In this document: positions 33,662 through 41,732 of the stretch, in pieces | How the letters are laid out: the number at the start of each line of letters is the position of its first letter | Position numbering within the stretch: the first letter of the stretch is position 1 | Assembly (NCBI GenBank): GCA_963792805.1 | Contig: CAWBXN010000003.1 | Coordinates: forward strand, 38,879 to 102,878 | Source of the DNA: an uncultured Actinomycetota bacterium | GTDB taxonomy: Bacteria; Actinomycetota; Actinomycetes; Jiangellales; Jiangellaceae | Direction: 5' to 3' | DNA: 64,000 nt | Notes under the pieces: generated by a model | Database searches by the model: none | Seen by the model: the letters and a program-made list of their open reading frames with translations, nothing else | Told to the model about the DNA's origin: nothing | Position numbers and translations under genes: made by a program

Positions 33662-33815
33662 GCTGAATTCCACCTCCTGTGGACTCAGGCGGCCGCGGGC
33701 GATCCGCAGCAGGAGGGCTGCCCCCGGTGACGAACGACCGTGGCAGGGCGAGGCCGCCGACGTCTTGCCGGCGGCGCTCCGGGGAGGATACCAGCGAGAG
33801 CGATGGCCACACGCG

Positions 33816-34283
33816 TCAGGCGCCGGCGAGGGACTCCGGGCGGACGGCGTCTCGCACGACCCGCAGCGCGTCGGTGAGCGCGCGCAGCTGCTCTGGGCTG
33901 AGCCGCCCGGTGAACCACTCGTCGAGCAGCGCGACGTGCCCGTCGAGGACGTCGGTGATCTTGGCCTCGCCGGCCACAGAGAGCGCGGCCCAGTAGCCGC
34001 GCCGATCGCTCTGGCACACCTCGCGCTGCACGAGACCGTCGGCCTCGAGCCGGTCGATGAGGCGGGTGACCCCACTGGTCGACAGCCCGGTCTGCAGCGC
34101 CAGGTCGGACATCCGGAGCCGGTGGCCGTCGCTGCGCACCAGCCGGATCAGCACCTCGAACTCGCTGCCGGTGAGTCCGTGCTCGGCGATCTGCGGGGCC
34201 GTCACCGCCAGCAGGCCGGCTGTCGTCTCGGCGAGTAGCCCCATGGCGGTGAGCCTGGGGTCGTCGAAGCGGACATCAGCCAT
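33816..34283 (-). CDS. MarR-family transcriptional regulator
   Basis: ORF 33816..34283. Winged-helix region [47 protein letters not shown]. Confidence 0.85.
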   Translation of the reverse strand: MADVRFDDPRLTAMGLLAETTAGLLAVTAPQIAEHGLTGSEFEVLIRLVRSDGHRLRMSDLALQTGLSTSGVTRLIDRLEADGLVQREVCQSDRRGYWAALSVAGEAKITDVLDGHVALLDEWFTGRLSPEQLRALTDALRVVRDAVRPESLAGA

Positions 34284-34303
34284 GAGCCAAGCATATCAGG
34301 TAG

Positions 34304-34333
34304 TTGACAGCGCAACTGTCTTTGCGTACAAAT
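34304..34333 (+). promoter_or_regulatory. sigma-70-like promoter (TTGACA-17 nt-TACAAAT) with a small GACAG-N5-CTGTC palindrome, in the MarR/YceI divergent region
   Basis: AT-rich island in a high-GC genome. -35 TTGACA at 34304..34309 and -10 TACAAA at 34327..34332. Palindrome arms at 34306..34310 and 34316..34320. The arms are only 5 bp, so the operator call is weak. Confidence 0.4.
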
Positions 34334-34374
34334 ATCCCAAGCGCAAGCAAACACTTCTCCTAGGAGGTCCCGAC

Positions 34375-34995
34375 TTGACCATCACCGACAACACCCACGA
34401 CAGCGAGCAGGAGAGCGGCCGAGAGGGCAGCCCGATGACGCGCACCTGGGATGGCGTTGCCCTGCCCCGACCGGGCACCTACGTGATCGACGCGTCGCAC
34501 ACCACGGTCGGCTTCGTCGCCAGGCACCTCATGGTCACGAAGGTGCGAGGCCGCTTCGCCGAGCTCACCGGCTCGATCACGGTTGCCGAGGACGCCCTGG
34601 CCACCACGGCGGAGGCAACCATGCAGGCGGCCTCCATCACGACCGGCTCGCAGGACCGCGACGCGCACCTGCGCTCCGGTGACTTCCTGCTCATCGACGA
34701 GCACCCGACCGTGGACTTCCGCACCGTGAGGATCACCGGGCACTCGGGCTCCACGTTCACCGTGCTCGGCGAGCTGAGCATCCGCGGGGTCACCCGCGAG
34801 ATCGAGCTCCAGGTGGAGATCGACGGCGTCACCCCAGACCCGTGGGGTGGGGAGCGGCTGGCCGTCTCTGCCTACGGCGAGATCGACCGCGAGGACTACG
34901 GTCTGACCTGGAACGTCGCCGTCGAGGGCGGCGGGGTGCTCGTCAGCAAGAAGGTCAGGCTGGAGATCGAGGCACAGGCCGTCCGCCAGGACTAG
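34375..34995 (+). CDS. YceI-family polyisoprenoid-binding protein
   Basis: In frame with ORF 34057..34995. TTG at 34375 lies 7 nt after TAGGAGG (alternative ATG at 34435). YVIDASHTTVGFVARHLMVTKVRGRF is the YceI signature. Confidence 0.85.
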   Translation: MTITDNTHDSEQESGREGSPMTRTWDGVALPRPGTYVIDASHTTVGFVARHLMVTKVRGRFAELTGSITVAEDALATTAEATMQAASITTGSQDRDAHLRSGDFLLIDEHPTVDFRTVRITGHSGSTFTVLGELSIRGVTREIELQVEIDGVTPDPWGGERLAVSAYGEIDREDYGLTWNVAVEGGGVLVSKKVRLEIEAQAVRQD

Positions 34996-35088
34996 TCTGC
35001 CCGCGTCGCGACCCCCGGCCTCGTCCCCCTTCGATGCCGGGGGTCGCATCGCGCTCACGTCCCGACCGAGGCCACTACCCTGCCCGAC

Positions 35089-36234
35089 GTGCCCATCGTG
35101 CGGAAGATCTCCGACTCAGACCATCTGGCCTACATCGGCAGCCGGCCGTCGGTGAGCTTCCTGCAGACCCCCGCATGGGGGAAGGTGAAGTCCGACTGGC
35201 GCAGCGAGTCCGTCGGCTGGTTCGACACCCCCGGCGACACCGAGGTCCGGGGCGCCGGGCTCGTGCTCTACCGCAAGGTGCCGCGGGTACGTCGCTACCT
35301 GGCCTACCTGCCCGAGGGGCCCGACCTGCCGTGGGCCAAGCTGGCCGAGGCCGGCGAGCTCGAGCGGTGGCTGGAGGCCCTGCGCGAGTACCTCGCCTCT
35401 CGGGGCGCCTTCGCCATCCGGCTTGGGCCGACGGCGGTCGCGCGACGTTGGTCGGCGGCGACGGTGAAGGCCGCGCTGGCCGACGCCTCGGTGGATCACC
35501 TCGGGGCAGTGCCGCCCGACACCGAGGACCCGGCGGTTCTCGCGGTCGGCGAGGTCCTCGCCGACCAGGGCTGGCAGCCCCCCACTCTCGCCACTGGCTT
35601 CGCCGTCGGGCAGCCTCAGCACGTGTTCTGGGTGGACCTCGCCGAGCGCACCGAGGCCGAGCTCATGGCCGGGTTCAACCAGCTGTGGCGGCGGAACATC
35701 CGCCGCGCGGAACGAGAGGGCGTGAGCGTCGAGAGAGGGACGACTGCGGACCTCCCCGAGTTCCACTCGCTCTACGTCGAGACTGCCGCGCGGGACGGTT
35801 TCGCTCCACGCCCGCTGTCCTACTTCGAGCAGATGTTCGCCGCGATGCAGTCCGAGGCCCCCGAACGGCTCGCCCTCTACCTGGCTCGACACGAGGGCGA
35901 TCTGGTCGCGGCGACCACGATGACGCGGGTGGGCGAGCACGCCTGGTACTCCTACGGCGCGTCCTCGACGGCCAAGCGCGACGTCCGCGGCTCCAACGCC
36001 GTCCAGTGGCAGATGATGCGCGACGCCCGTGGCGCCGGGTGCCGGCGCTACGACCTCCGGGGGATCACCGACACCCTCTCGGCCAGCGACCCCCACGTCG
36101 GCCTGCTGCAGTTCAAGGTCGGCACCGGCGGGGAGGCCGTGGAGTACCTCGGCGAGTGGACGCTGCCGGTCAACCCTCTGCTGTACCGCGCATTCGAGTT
36201 CTACCTGTCCCGTCGCGGTTCGAGCTCGGCGTGA
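35089..36234 (+). CDS. FemAB-family peptidoglycan interpeptide-bridge aminoacyl transferase
   Basis: ORF 35089..36234. N-terminus HLAYIGSRPSVSFLQTPAWGKVKSDW and overall length (381 aa) are typical of FemX/lipid II:glycine glycyltransferase-like proteins. Confidence 0.8.
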   Translation: MPIVRKISDSDHLAYIGSRPSVSFLQTPAWGKVKSDWRSESVGWFDTPGDTEVRGAGLVLYRKVPRVRRYLAYLPEGPDLPWAKLAEAGELERWLEALREYLASRGAFAIRLGPTAVARRWSAATVKAALADASVDHLGAVPPDTEDPAVLAVGEVLADQGWQPPTLATGFAVGQPQHVFWVDLAERTEAELMAGFNQLWRRNIRRAEREGVSVERGTTADLPEFHSLYVETAARDGFAPRPLSYFEQMFAAMQSEAPERLALYLARHEGDLVAATTMTRVGEHAWYSYGASSTAKRDVRGSNAVQWQMMRDARGAGCRRYDLRGITDTLSASDPHVGLLQFKVGTGGEAVEYLGEWTLPVNPLLYRAFEFYLSRRGSSSA

Positions 36235-37241
36235 GCGTCCGCCTGCGCGTCGACGCTGCCCGCTGGCGGACGCACGTGGCCGAGGCGCTTGCCGCCGCTC
36301 CGGCGACGATCCCGGTGGTGAAGGGCAACGGCTACGGCTTCGGTCGCACGCTGCTGGCCGAGCAGGCCCAGCAGCACGGCGCCGACCTGCTGGCCGTCGG
36401 CACCTACCCCGAGCTGAGGAGTGTGGCTGAGGTGTTCGCCGGCTCGCTGCTGGTCCTCACGCCCTGGCGGCCCTTCCTGAGCGCCCCCTTGGACGACCGG
36501 CGCGTCGTGCACACCGTGAGCCGGCTGTCGGACCTGAGGCTCCTGGCGGCGCACAGCGGACCGATCCGGGTGGTCGTCGAGGTGCAGACGGAGATGCGCC
36601 GGCACGGCATCCCGGTGGAGGACCTCCCGGCCACGGCCGACCTGCTCGACCGGGTGACCTTCGAGGGCTGGTCCTTGCACCTGCCGCTCGCCGGGGAGAC
36701 CACCGCGATGGCCTCGTTGCTGACCGCCGAGGCCGAGCACGTCCGGCCCGCACCGGTCCTCCTCAGCCACGTCCCTCCGGAACGCGTCTGGGAGGTGAGC
36801 CCGCGGGCCCGGCTCCGCGCCGGGACCCGTCCCTGGCTGGGTGACCCTGGCGCGATGGAGGTCCAGGCCCAGGTGCTCGACGCACACCCCCTGGCCCGAG
36901 GGGACCGGTTCGGGTACCGACAACGGCGCGCACGGAGCGCGGGGACGCTGCTGGTGGTCGCCGGAGGCACGTCCCACGGGATCGCCCTCAGCGCCCCCAG
37001 CCCCAGTGTCGGCCTGCGGCAACGGGGCGTCGCCTTGGCCCGAGGCGGCCTGGACGCGGTTGGGCTCGCCCGCTCGCCGTTCGTCGTCGACGGCCGGCAC
37101 GCTTGGTTCGCCGAGCCACCACACATGCAGTGCTCGATGGTCTGGCTGCCCCACGCCTCCAGGCCCCCGAAGGTCGGGGACTGGCTGCGTGCCCAGGTGC
37201 GCTACACCACCGTCCTCGTGGACGAGGTCCAGCTGCTCTAG
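36231..37241 (+). CDS. alanine-racemase-fold PLP enzyme (alr-like)
   Basis: GTG at 36231 overlaps the FemAB stop (GTGA). In frame with ORF 34842..37241. PLP-lysine motif IPVVKGNGYGFG. 336 aa. Confidence 0.7.
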   Translation: MSVRLRVDAARWRTHVAEALAAAPATIPVVKGNGYGFGRTLLAEQAQQHGADLLAVGTYPELRSVAEVFAGSLLVLTPWRPFLSAPLDDRRVVHTVSRLSDLRLLAAHSGPIRVVVEVQTEMRRHGIPVEDLPATADLLDRVTFEGWSLHLPLAGETTAMASLLTAEAEHVRPAPVLLSHVPPERVWEVSPRARLRAGTRPWLGDPGAMEVQAQVLDAHPLARGDRFGYRQRRARSAGTLLVVAGGTSHGIALSAPSPSVGLRQRGVALARGGLDAVGLARSPFVVDGRHAWFAEPPHMQCSMVWLPHASRPPKVGDWLRAQVRYTTVLVDEVQLL

Positions 37242-39475
37242 GCCCCCGGCCCGGCCCTGGCGAAACCCGTGGCCTGGGCCTGCTGCTCACCCGTGGACGG
37301 TCCATCGCTGCCGGTGCCGCCGGGAACAACGGCATCGCCGTCACCCGGCGCTTGCGCCGGCGGGTCCTCGGGCCCGTCGGTCGGCGGCGGGGTATCGGTC
37401 GGCTCGGGGGTCTGTGTCGGCTCGGGGGTCTGTGTCGGCTCGGGGGTCTGTGTCGGCTCGGGGGTCTGCGTCGGCTCAGGGGTCTCGGTGAAGGTCGGGC
37501 TGGGCGTGCTCGTCGGCGTGACCGACGGGCTCGTCGTCGTCCCGACCCCGGCCGGGGGAGCGAACTGCTCGATGGGCTCGTCGGCCAGCGCCGCGAGCAT
37601 GAACGCCGTCCACGTCCGGGTCGGGTACTCGCCGCCGAAGAACGTCGAGAGGCCACCGACGCCGTCGAGGTCATCGCTCGGGGTGCACTCGTACCGGCAG
37701 AAGCCGACTGCGGTCGAGAGCTGGGGGGTGAAGCCGACGAACCAGCTGGACCCGGTGACCCCGTCCTCGCCCGCAGTCCCGGTCTTGCCGGCGGCGGGTC
37801 GACCGAGCGCCAGCGCCGCGCCACCGGTCCCGTTCGTGACCACGCCCTGCAGCGCGCTGGTGACGTCGGCGGCCACGTCGGCCTCGAAAGCCTGCTCGGT
37901 GTCCGGTCGAGCCCGGAGCAGCACCTTGCCGCCGGAGTCGGCGACGCGGCTCACGGTGTAGGGCTGAGCAAGCACCCCACCGGCCGGGAACGCCGCGTAG
38001 GAGCCGGCCATGACCGTCGGAGTGACGACCGAGGTCCCCAGCGTGATGCGCACGTCGGGGTACAAGCCCGTCGGCTGACCATCGGGGCGCTTGGTCGGGA
38101 TGCCGGAGTCGATGGCAGCCCGGCGTACCTGGTCCGGCCCCACCGTCATCGCGAGGTCGGCGAAGGCGGTGTTGATCGACTGGGCGGTGGCGTAGCGCAT
38201 GTCGACGATCGCGCCGTAGCTCTGCCCGAACTCGTTGCGAATGGTGTTCGTCTCTGGGTTGGTGTCGCCGGGGACGACGTAGGGCGAGTTGCCCTGGAAG
38301 CCACTGCTGAGACTGATGCCGTCCTGCAGCCCGGCGACCAGGGTGAACGCCTTCATCGTGGAGCCCGCCTGCATCCATCCCTGGGTGGCGTAGTTGAAGG
38401 GCTGCTTGACGTAGTTCGGCCCCCCGTACATCGCCACGACCTCGCCGGTGCCCGGGCGGACCGAGGACAGCCCGACGTGAACGCCGTCGGTGTCGATGGT
38501 CGGGAACTGGTCCCGCACCGCCTGCACAGCGGCTCGCTGGGCGGCCCGCTCGAATGTCGACTCGACCCGCAGCCCGCCGGAGTCGATCTCGGCGTCGGTG
38601 AAGCCGAGCGCGAGGAGCTCCTCTCGCACGGTGGCCAGCAGGTAGCCGTCGGTGCCCCCGAGGGTGTTGCCGGTTGGCGGGTCGGCCAGCTTCGGCAAGC
38701 GCATCGTCGCGGCCTTGTCCGAATCCAGCTCACCGATCTCGACCATCCCGTCCAGGACGTACTCGAACCGGTCCTGAAGACGCTGCTTGGCCTCCTTGCC
38801 ACCAGTGGCGGGGTCGTAGCTGGTCGGGCTCTGGATCACGGCAGCCAAGACAGCGCCCTCACGGACCGAGATGTCCTCGATGTCCTCGTCGAACCAGGCC
38901 TGAGCGCCGGTCTGGACCCCGTAGGCGCCGCGACCGAAGTAGATGGTGTTCAGGTAGTCCTCGAGGATCTGGTCCTTGCTCACCGTCGCGTCGATCTTGA
39001 TGGCCAGCACGATCTCGCGGACCTTGCGGACGACGGTCTGGTCCTGGGTGAGGTAGTAGTTCTTGACGTACTGCTGGGTGATGGTCGAGCCACCCTGGGT
39101 CGCACCACCGGTCAGGTTGTTCCAGGCAGCACGGGCGATCCCGGTGACGGAGACCCCGGCGTTCTCGTAGAAGCTGCGGTCCTCCGCAGCGACGACCGCG
39201 GCCTCGACGTGGTCGGGAATCTGGTCGATCGTGACGGGGATGCGGTTCTCGGTGCTGAACTGGCCGAGCTCGCTCCTCCCGCCGGCGAAGGTGACGATCG
39301 TCGTCTCGCTGGTCGCGAAGTCGTTGGCCTCGGGAACGTCGATGGTGAACCAGAAGTAGGCCATCAGGCCCGCGCCGAGCAACACGAGCGCACCGAGGAA
39401 CCACCCGAACCAGCGCAGCGCACGGCGGGTGCGCGACGGCTTTGCCTTCGCCGGAGCGCCAGAACGGCTTGCCAC
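37238..39475 (-). CDS. ponA: class A penicillin-binding protein (transglycosylase/transpeptidase, PBP1A)
   Basis: ORF 37238..39778 with a likely GTG at 39475, 9 nt after GAGGAGG. Glycosyltransferase motifs EDRSFYENAGV and RKVREIVLAIK. Transpeptidase motifs STMK, SIN and KTGT. Pro/Thr-rich C-terminal tail. Confidence 0.9.
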   Translation of the reverse strand: MASRSGAPAKAKPSRTRRALRWFGWFLGALVLLGAGLMAYFWFTIDVPEANDFATSETTIVTFAGGRSELGQFSTENRIPVTIDQIPDHVEAAVVAAEDRSFYENAGVSVTGIARAAWNNLTGGATQGGSTITQQYVKNYYLTQDQTVVRKVREIVLAIKIDATVSKDQILEDYLNTIYFGRGAYGVQTGAQAWFDEDIEDISVREGAVLAAVIQSPTSYDPATGGKEAKQRLQDRFEYVLDGMVEIGELDSDKAATMRLPKLADPPTGNTLGGTDGYLLATVREELLALGFTDAEIDSGGLRVESTFERAAQRAAVQAVRDQFPTIDTDGVHVGLSSVRPGTGEVVAMYGGPNYVKQPFNYATQGWMQAGSTMKAFTLVAGLQDGISLSSGFQGNSPYVVPGDTNPETNTIRNEFGQSYGAIVDMRYATAQSINTAFADLAMTVGPDQVRRAAIDSGIPTKRPDGQPTGLYPDVRITLGTSVVTPTVMAGSYAAFPAGGVLAQPYTVSRVADSGGKVLLRARPDTEQAFEADVAADVTSALQGVVTNGTGGAALALGRPAAGKTGTAGEDGVTGSSWFVGFTPQLSTAVGFCRYECTPSDDLDGVGGLSTFFGGEYPTRTWTAFMLAALADEPIEQFAPPAGVGTTTSPSVTPTSTPSPTFTETPEPTQTPEPTQTPEPTQTPEPTQTPEPTDTPPPTDGPEDPPAQAPGDGDAVVPGGTGSDGPSTGEQQAQATGFARAGPGA
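37398..37487. repeat. 18-bp tandem repeat (3 perfect plus 2 degenerate copies of GTCGGCTCGGGGGTCTGT) encoding PEPTQT units in the PBP tail
   Basis: Units at 37398, 37416 and 37434 are identical. Units at 37452 and 37470 carry 1 and 3 mismatches. Translation on the minus strand is TPEPTQTPEPTQTPEPTQTPEPTQTPEPTDT. Confidence 0.9.
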
Positions 39476-39686
39476 GGTAGAGATCCTCCTCGAGGGCGCC
39501 GGTCGGTCGGCCCGAAGCCCAGTGTGGCGTATCCGTCCCGGTGGGGAGTGGGGGCGAACCGCCGTGTCTCGTTGCGATGTATCGTGATGATACATCTTGG
39601 TGCTACACTTCGGGTCGGCCCGCAGGTGGCCGCCGGGCACGCTCGTCGTGGCCCGGAGCCCGATCGATGCGGAGGGAACGTCGCCG

Positions 39687-40358
39687 ATGTCCAAGCGCTC
39701 GGACGTCCTGGAGCTGGCCGTGCTCGGCCTGCTCCACGACTCCCCGATGCACGGATACGAGCTTCGCAAGCGCCTCAACGCGATGCTCGGCTGGGGTCGG
39801 GCCTTCTCCTACGGGACGCTCTATCCCTGCCTGCGCGGCCTCACCGACCGTGGGCTCATCGTCCAGGCCGCACCGGGTGGGCCGGTCTCGGCCCCGGGGA
39901 ACCGAGCCGGGAAGCGGGCGCGCATCGTGTACGAGCTGACCGCCGACGGCAAGGACCACTTCGCCGAGCTCATCGCCGACGCGGGCCCCGCGGCCTGGGA
40001 GGACGACCAGTTCGGCGTGCACTTCGCGTTCTTCTCCCGCACCGACGCTGCCACCCGGATGGCCATCCTGCAGGGCAGGCGGACCCGGCTCCAGGAGCGC
40101 CTGGACCTCTTCCGGGCCTCCCTGGCTCGGACTCGTGAACGAGTGGACAGCTACACCCTGGAGCTGCACCGCCACGGGCTGGAGTCGGTGGAGCGAGAGG
40201 TCCGCTGGCTCGAGGAGCTCATCGACCACGAGCAAGCCGGCACGACCGCGAGCACGACCCCCTGGGCCGAGGGCCCACGGGGCACGACCCCCCAGAGCAC
40301 CGCCGGAGACGCCGGCGAGCACCACCAGGTGGCCGGGCCTTCCGGCACCGACCACTAG
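39687..40358 (+). CDS. PadR-family transcriptional regulator
   Basis: ATG at 39687 in ORF 39597..40358. [23 protein letters not shown]...[17 protein letters not shown]. Conserved position between ponA and ino1. Confidence 0.85.
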   Translation: MSKRSDVLELAVLGLLHDSPMHGYELRKRLNAMLGWGRAFSYGTLYPCLRGLTDRGLIVQAAPGGPVSAPGNRAGKRARIVYELTADGKDHFAELIADAGPAAWEDDQFGVHFAFFSRTDAATRMAILQGRRTRLQERLDLFRASLARTRERVDSYTLELHRHGLESVEREVRWLEELIDHEQAGTTASTTPWAEGPRGTTPQSTAGDAGEHHQVAGPSGTDH

Positions 40359-40369
40359 AGGAGGAACCA

Positions 40370-41464
40370 ATGGGCAGCACGACGGACCGCCGGGTCCGAG
40401 TCGCCGTCGTCGGCGTCGGGAACTGTGCAGCGTCGCTCGTTCAGGGCGTGCACTACTACCGCGACGCCGACGCCAGCGAGACCGTCCCCGGCCTGATGCA
40501 CGTCCAGTTCGGCGAGTACCACGTCGGCGACATCGACTTCGTGGCCGCCTTCGACGTCGACGCGAAGAAGGTCGGACAGGACCTCGCCGAGGCCATCGGA
40601 GCCAGCGAGAACAACACCATCAAGATCTGCGACGTGCCGCCGACCGGCGTCTCCGTGCAGCGCGGCCACACCTACGACGGCCTCGGCAAGTACTACCGCG
40701 ACATGATCGTGGAGTCCGACGACGAGCCGGTCGACATCGTCGCCGAGCTCAAGGCCTCCCGCGCCGACGTCCTCGTGTGCTACCTGCCGGTGGGCTCCGA
40801 GAACGCAGCGAAGTTCTACGCCCAGTGCGCCATCGACGCCGGTGTCGCCTTCGTCAACGCGCTCCCGGTCTTCATCGCCGGCACCCCCGAGTGGGCGCAG
40901 AAGTTCACCGACGCGGGGGTGCCGATCGTGGGCGACGACATCAAGTCACAGGTCGGCGCGACCATCACCCACCGGGTGCTGGCGAAGCTGTTCGAGGACC
41001 GGGGCGTCACCGTCGACCGGACCTACCAGCTCAACGTCGGCGGCAACATGGACTTCATGAACATGCTGGAGCGCGAGCGTCTGGAGTCGAAGAAGATCTC
41101 CAAGACGCAGTCGGTGACGTCCCAGCTCACCCGAGACATCGGTGCGCGCAACGTGCACATCGGGCCGAGCGACTACGTGGCCTGGCTGGATGACCGCAAG
41201 TGGGCGTTCGTCCGCCTGGAAGGTCGCGCCTTCGGCGACGTGCCGCTGAGCCTGGAGTACAAGCTCGAGGTCTGGGACTCACCGAACTCGGCCGGCGTCA
41301 TCATCGACGCCCTGCGTGCGGCCAAGATCGCCAAGGACCGTGGGATCGGCGGGCCCATCCTGTCGGCCTCGTCCTACTTCATGAAGTCCCCGCCGGTGCA
41401 GTACAGCGACGGTGAGGCCTACCAGGCCGTCGAGGACTTCATCGCTGGTACGACCGAGCGCTGA
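40370..41464 (+). CDS. ino1: inositol-3-phosphate synthase
   Basis: ORF 40370..41464. [22 protein letters not shown] and the rest are typical actinobacterial Ino1. 364 aa. Confidence 0.95.
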   Translation: MGSTTDRRVRVAVVGVGNCAASLVQGVHYYRDADASETVPGLMHVQFGEYHVGDIDFVAAFDVDAKKVGQDLAEAIGASENNTIKICDVPPTGVSVQRGHTYDGLGKYYRDMIVESDDEPVDIVAELKASRADVLVCYLPVGSENAAKFYAQCAIDAGVAFVNALPVFIAGTPEWAQKFTDAGVPIVGDDIKSQVGATITHRVLAKLFEDRGVTVDRTYQLNVGGNMDFMNMLERERLESKKISKTQSVTSQLTRDIGARNVHIGPSDYVAWLDDRKWAFVRLEGRAFGDVPLSLEYKLEVWDSPNSAGVIIDALRAAKIAKDRGIGGPILSASSYFMKSPPVQYSDGEAYQAVEDFIAGTTER

Positions 41465-41652
41465 GGGGCGCCTCACGCGGGTCAGCTGGCACGCCCGGCC
41501 CACGGCCGCCTGGAGGGGAGACCCCGCCGGGCGGCCGTTGTCGTGTGCGGGCGGCAAGCGGTGGGCGGGCGGCATGCGGTGGGGAGGCGCCGTGAGCCGT
41601 CGCCAGCAGTCGGACGCGTCGTGAGCAGTCGACCCGACGGGGTGCTCGACGA

Positions 41653-41704
41653 GGTGAGTGGGGGCTCTGCAAGGCCTGGAAGCCTCGCAAAGCCCCCACT
41701 CACC
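41653..41704. terminator. strong hairpin (14-bp perfect stem) between convergent ino1 and the 724-aa envelope protein gene
   Basis: GGTGAGTGGGGGCT (41653..41666) pairs perfectly with AGCCCCCACTCACC (41691..41704), with a 24-nt loop. No U-tract, which fits a bidirectional intrinsic terminator of the actinobacterial type. Confidence 0.55.
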
Positions 41705-41732
41705 TACTTGACGTGATCGTTCGCCGGTGGTG

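Noticed and set aside
33753-33775. 7-bp GC hairpin (GCCGCCG-N9-CGGCGGC) between the MarR gene and rpsF, considered as a terminator or rpsF-leader element
   Set aside because: A 7-bp G/C stem is expected by chance at this GC content. There is no U-tract, and I cannot verify an S6:S18 leader fold by eye.
37398-37487. Possible CRISPR array or non-coding satellite
   Set aside because: The repeats are directly adjacent, with no spacers. They are in frame and encode PEPTQT units inside the PBP gene. No cas genes are present.
37103-40138. 1011-aa plus-strand ORF spanning the ponA and PadR region
   Set aside because: It is antisense to the PBP gene (which has all SxxK/SxN/KTG and glycosyltransferase motifs) and out of frame with PadR. 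The composition is junk-like.
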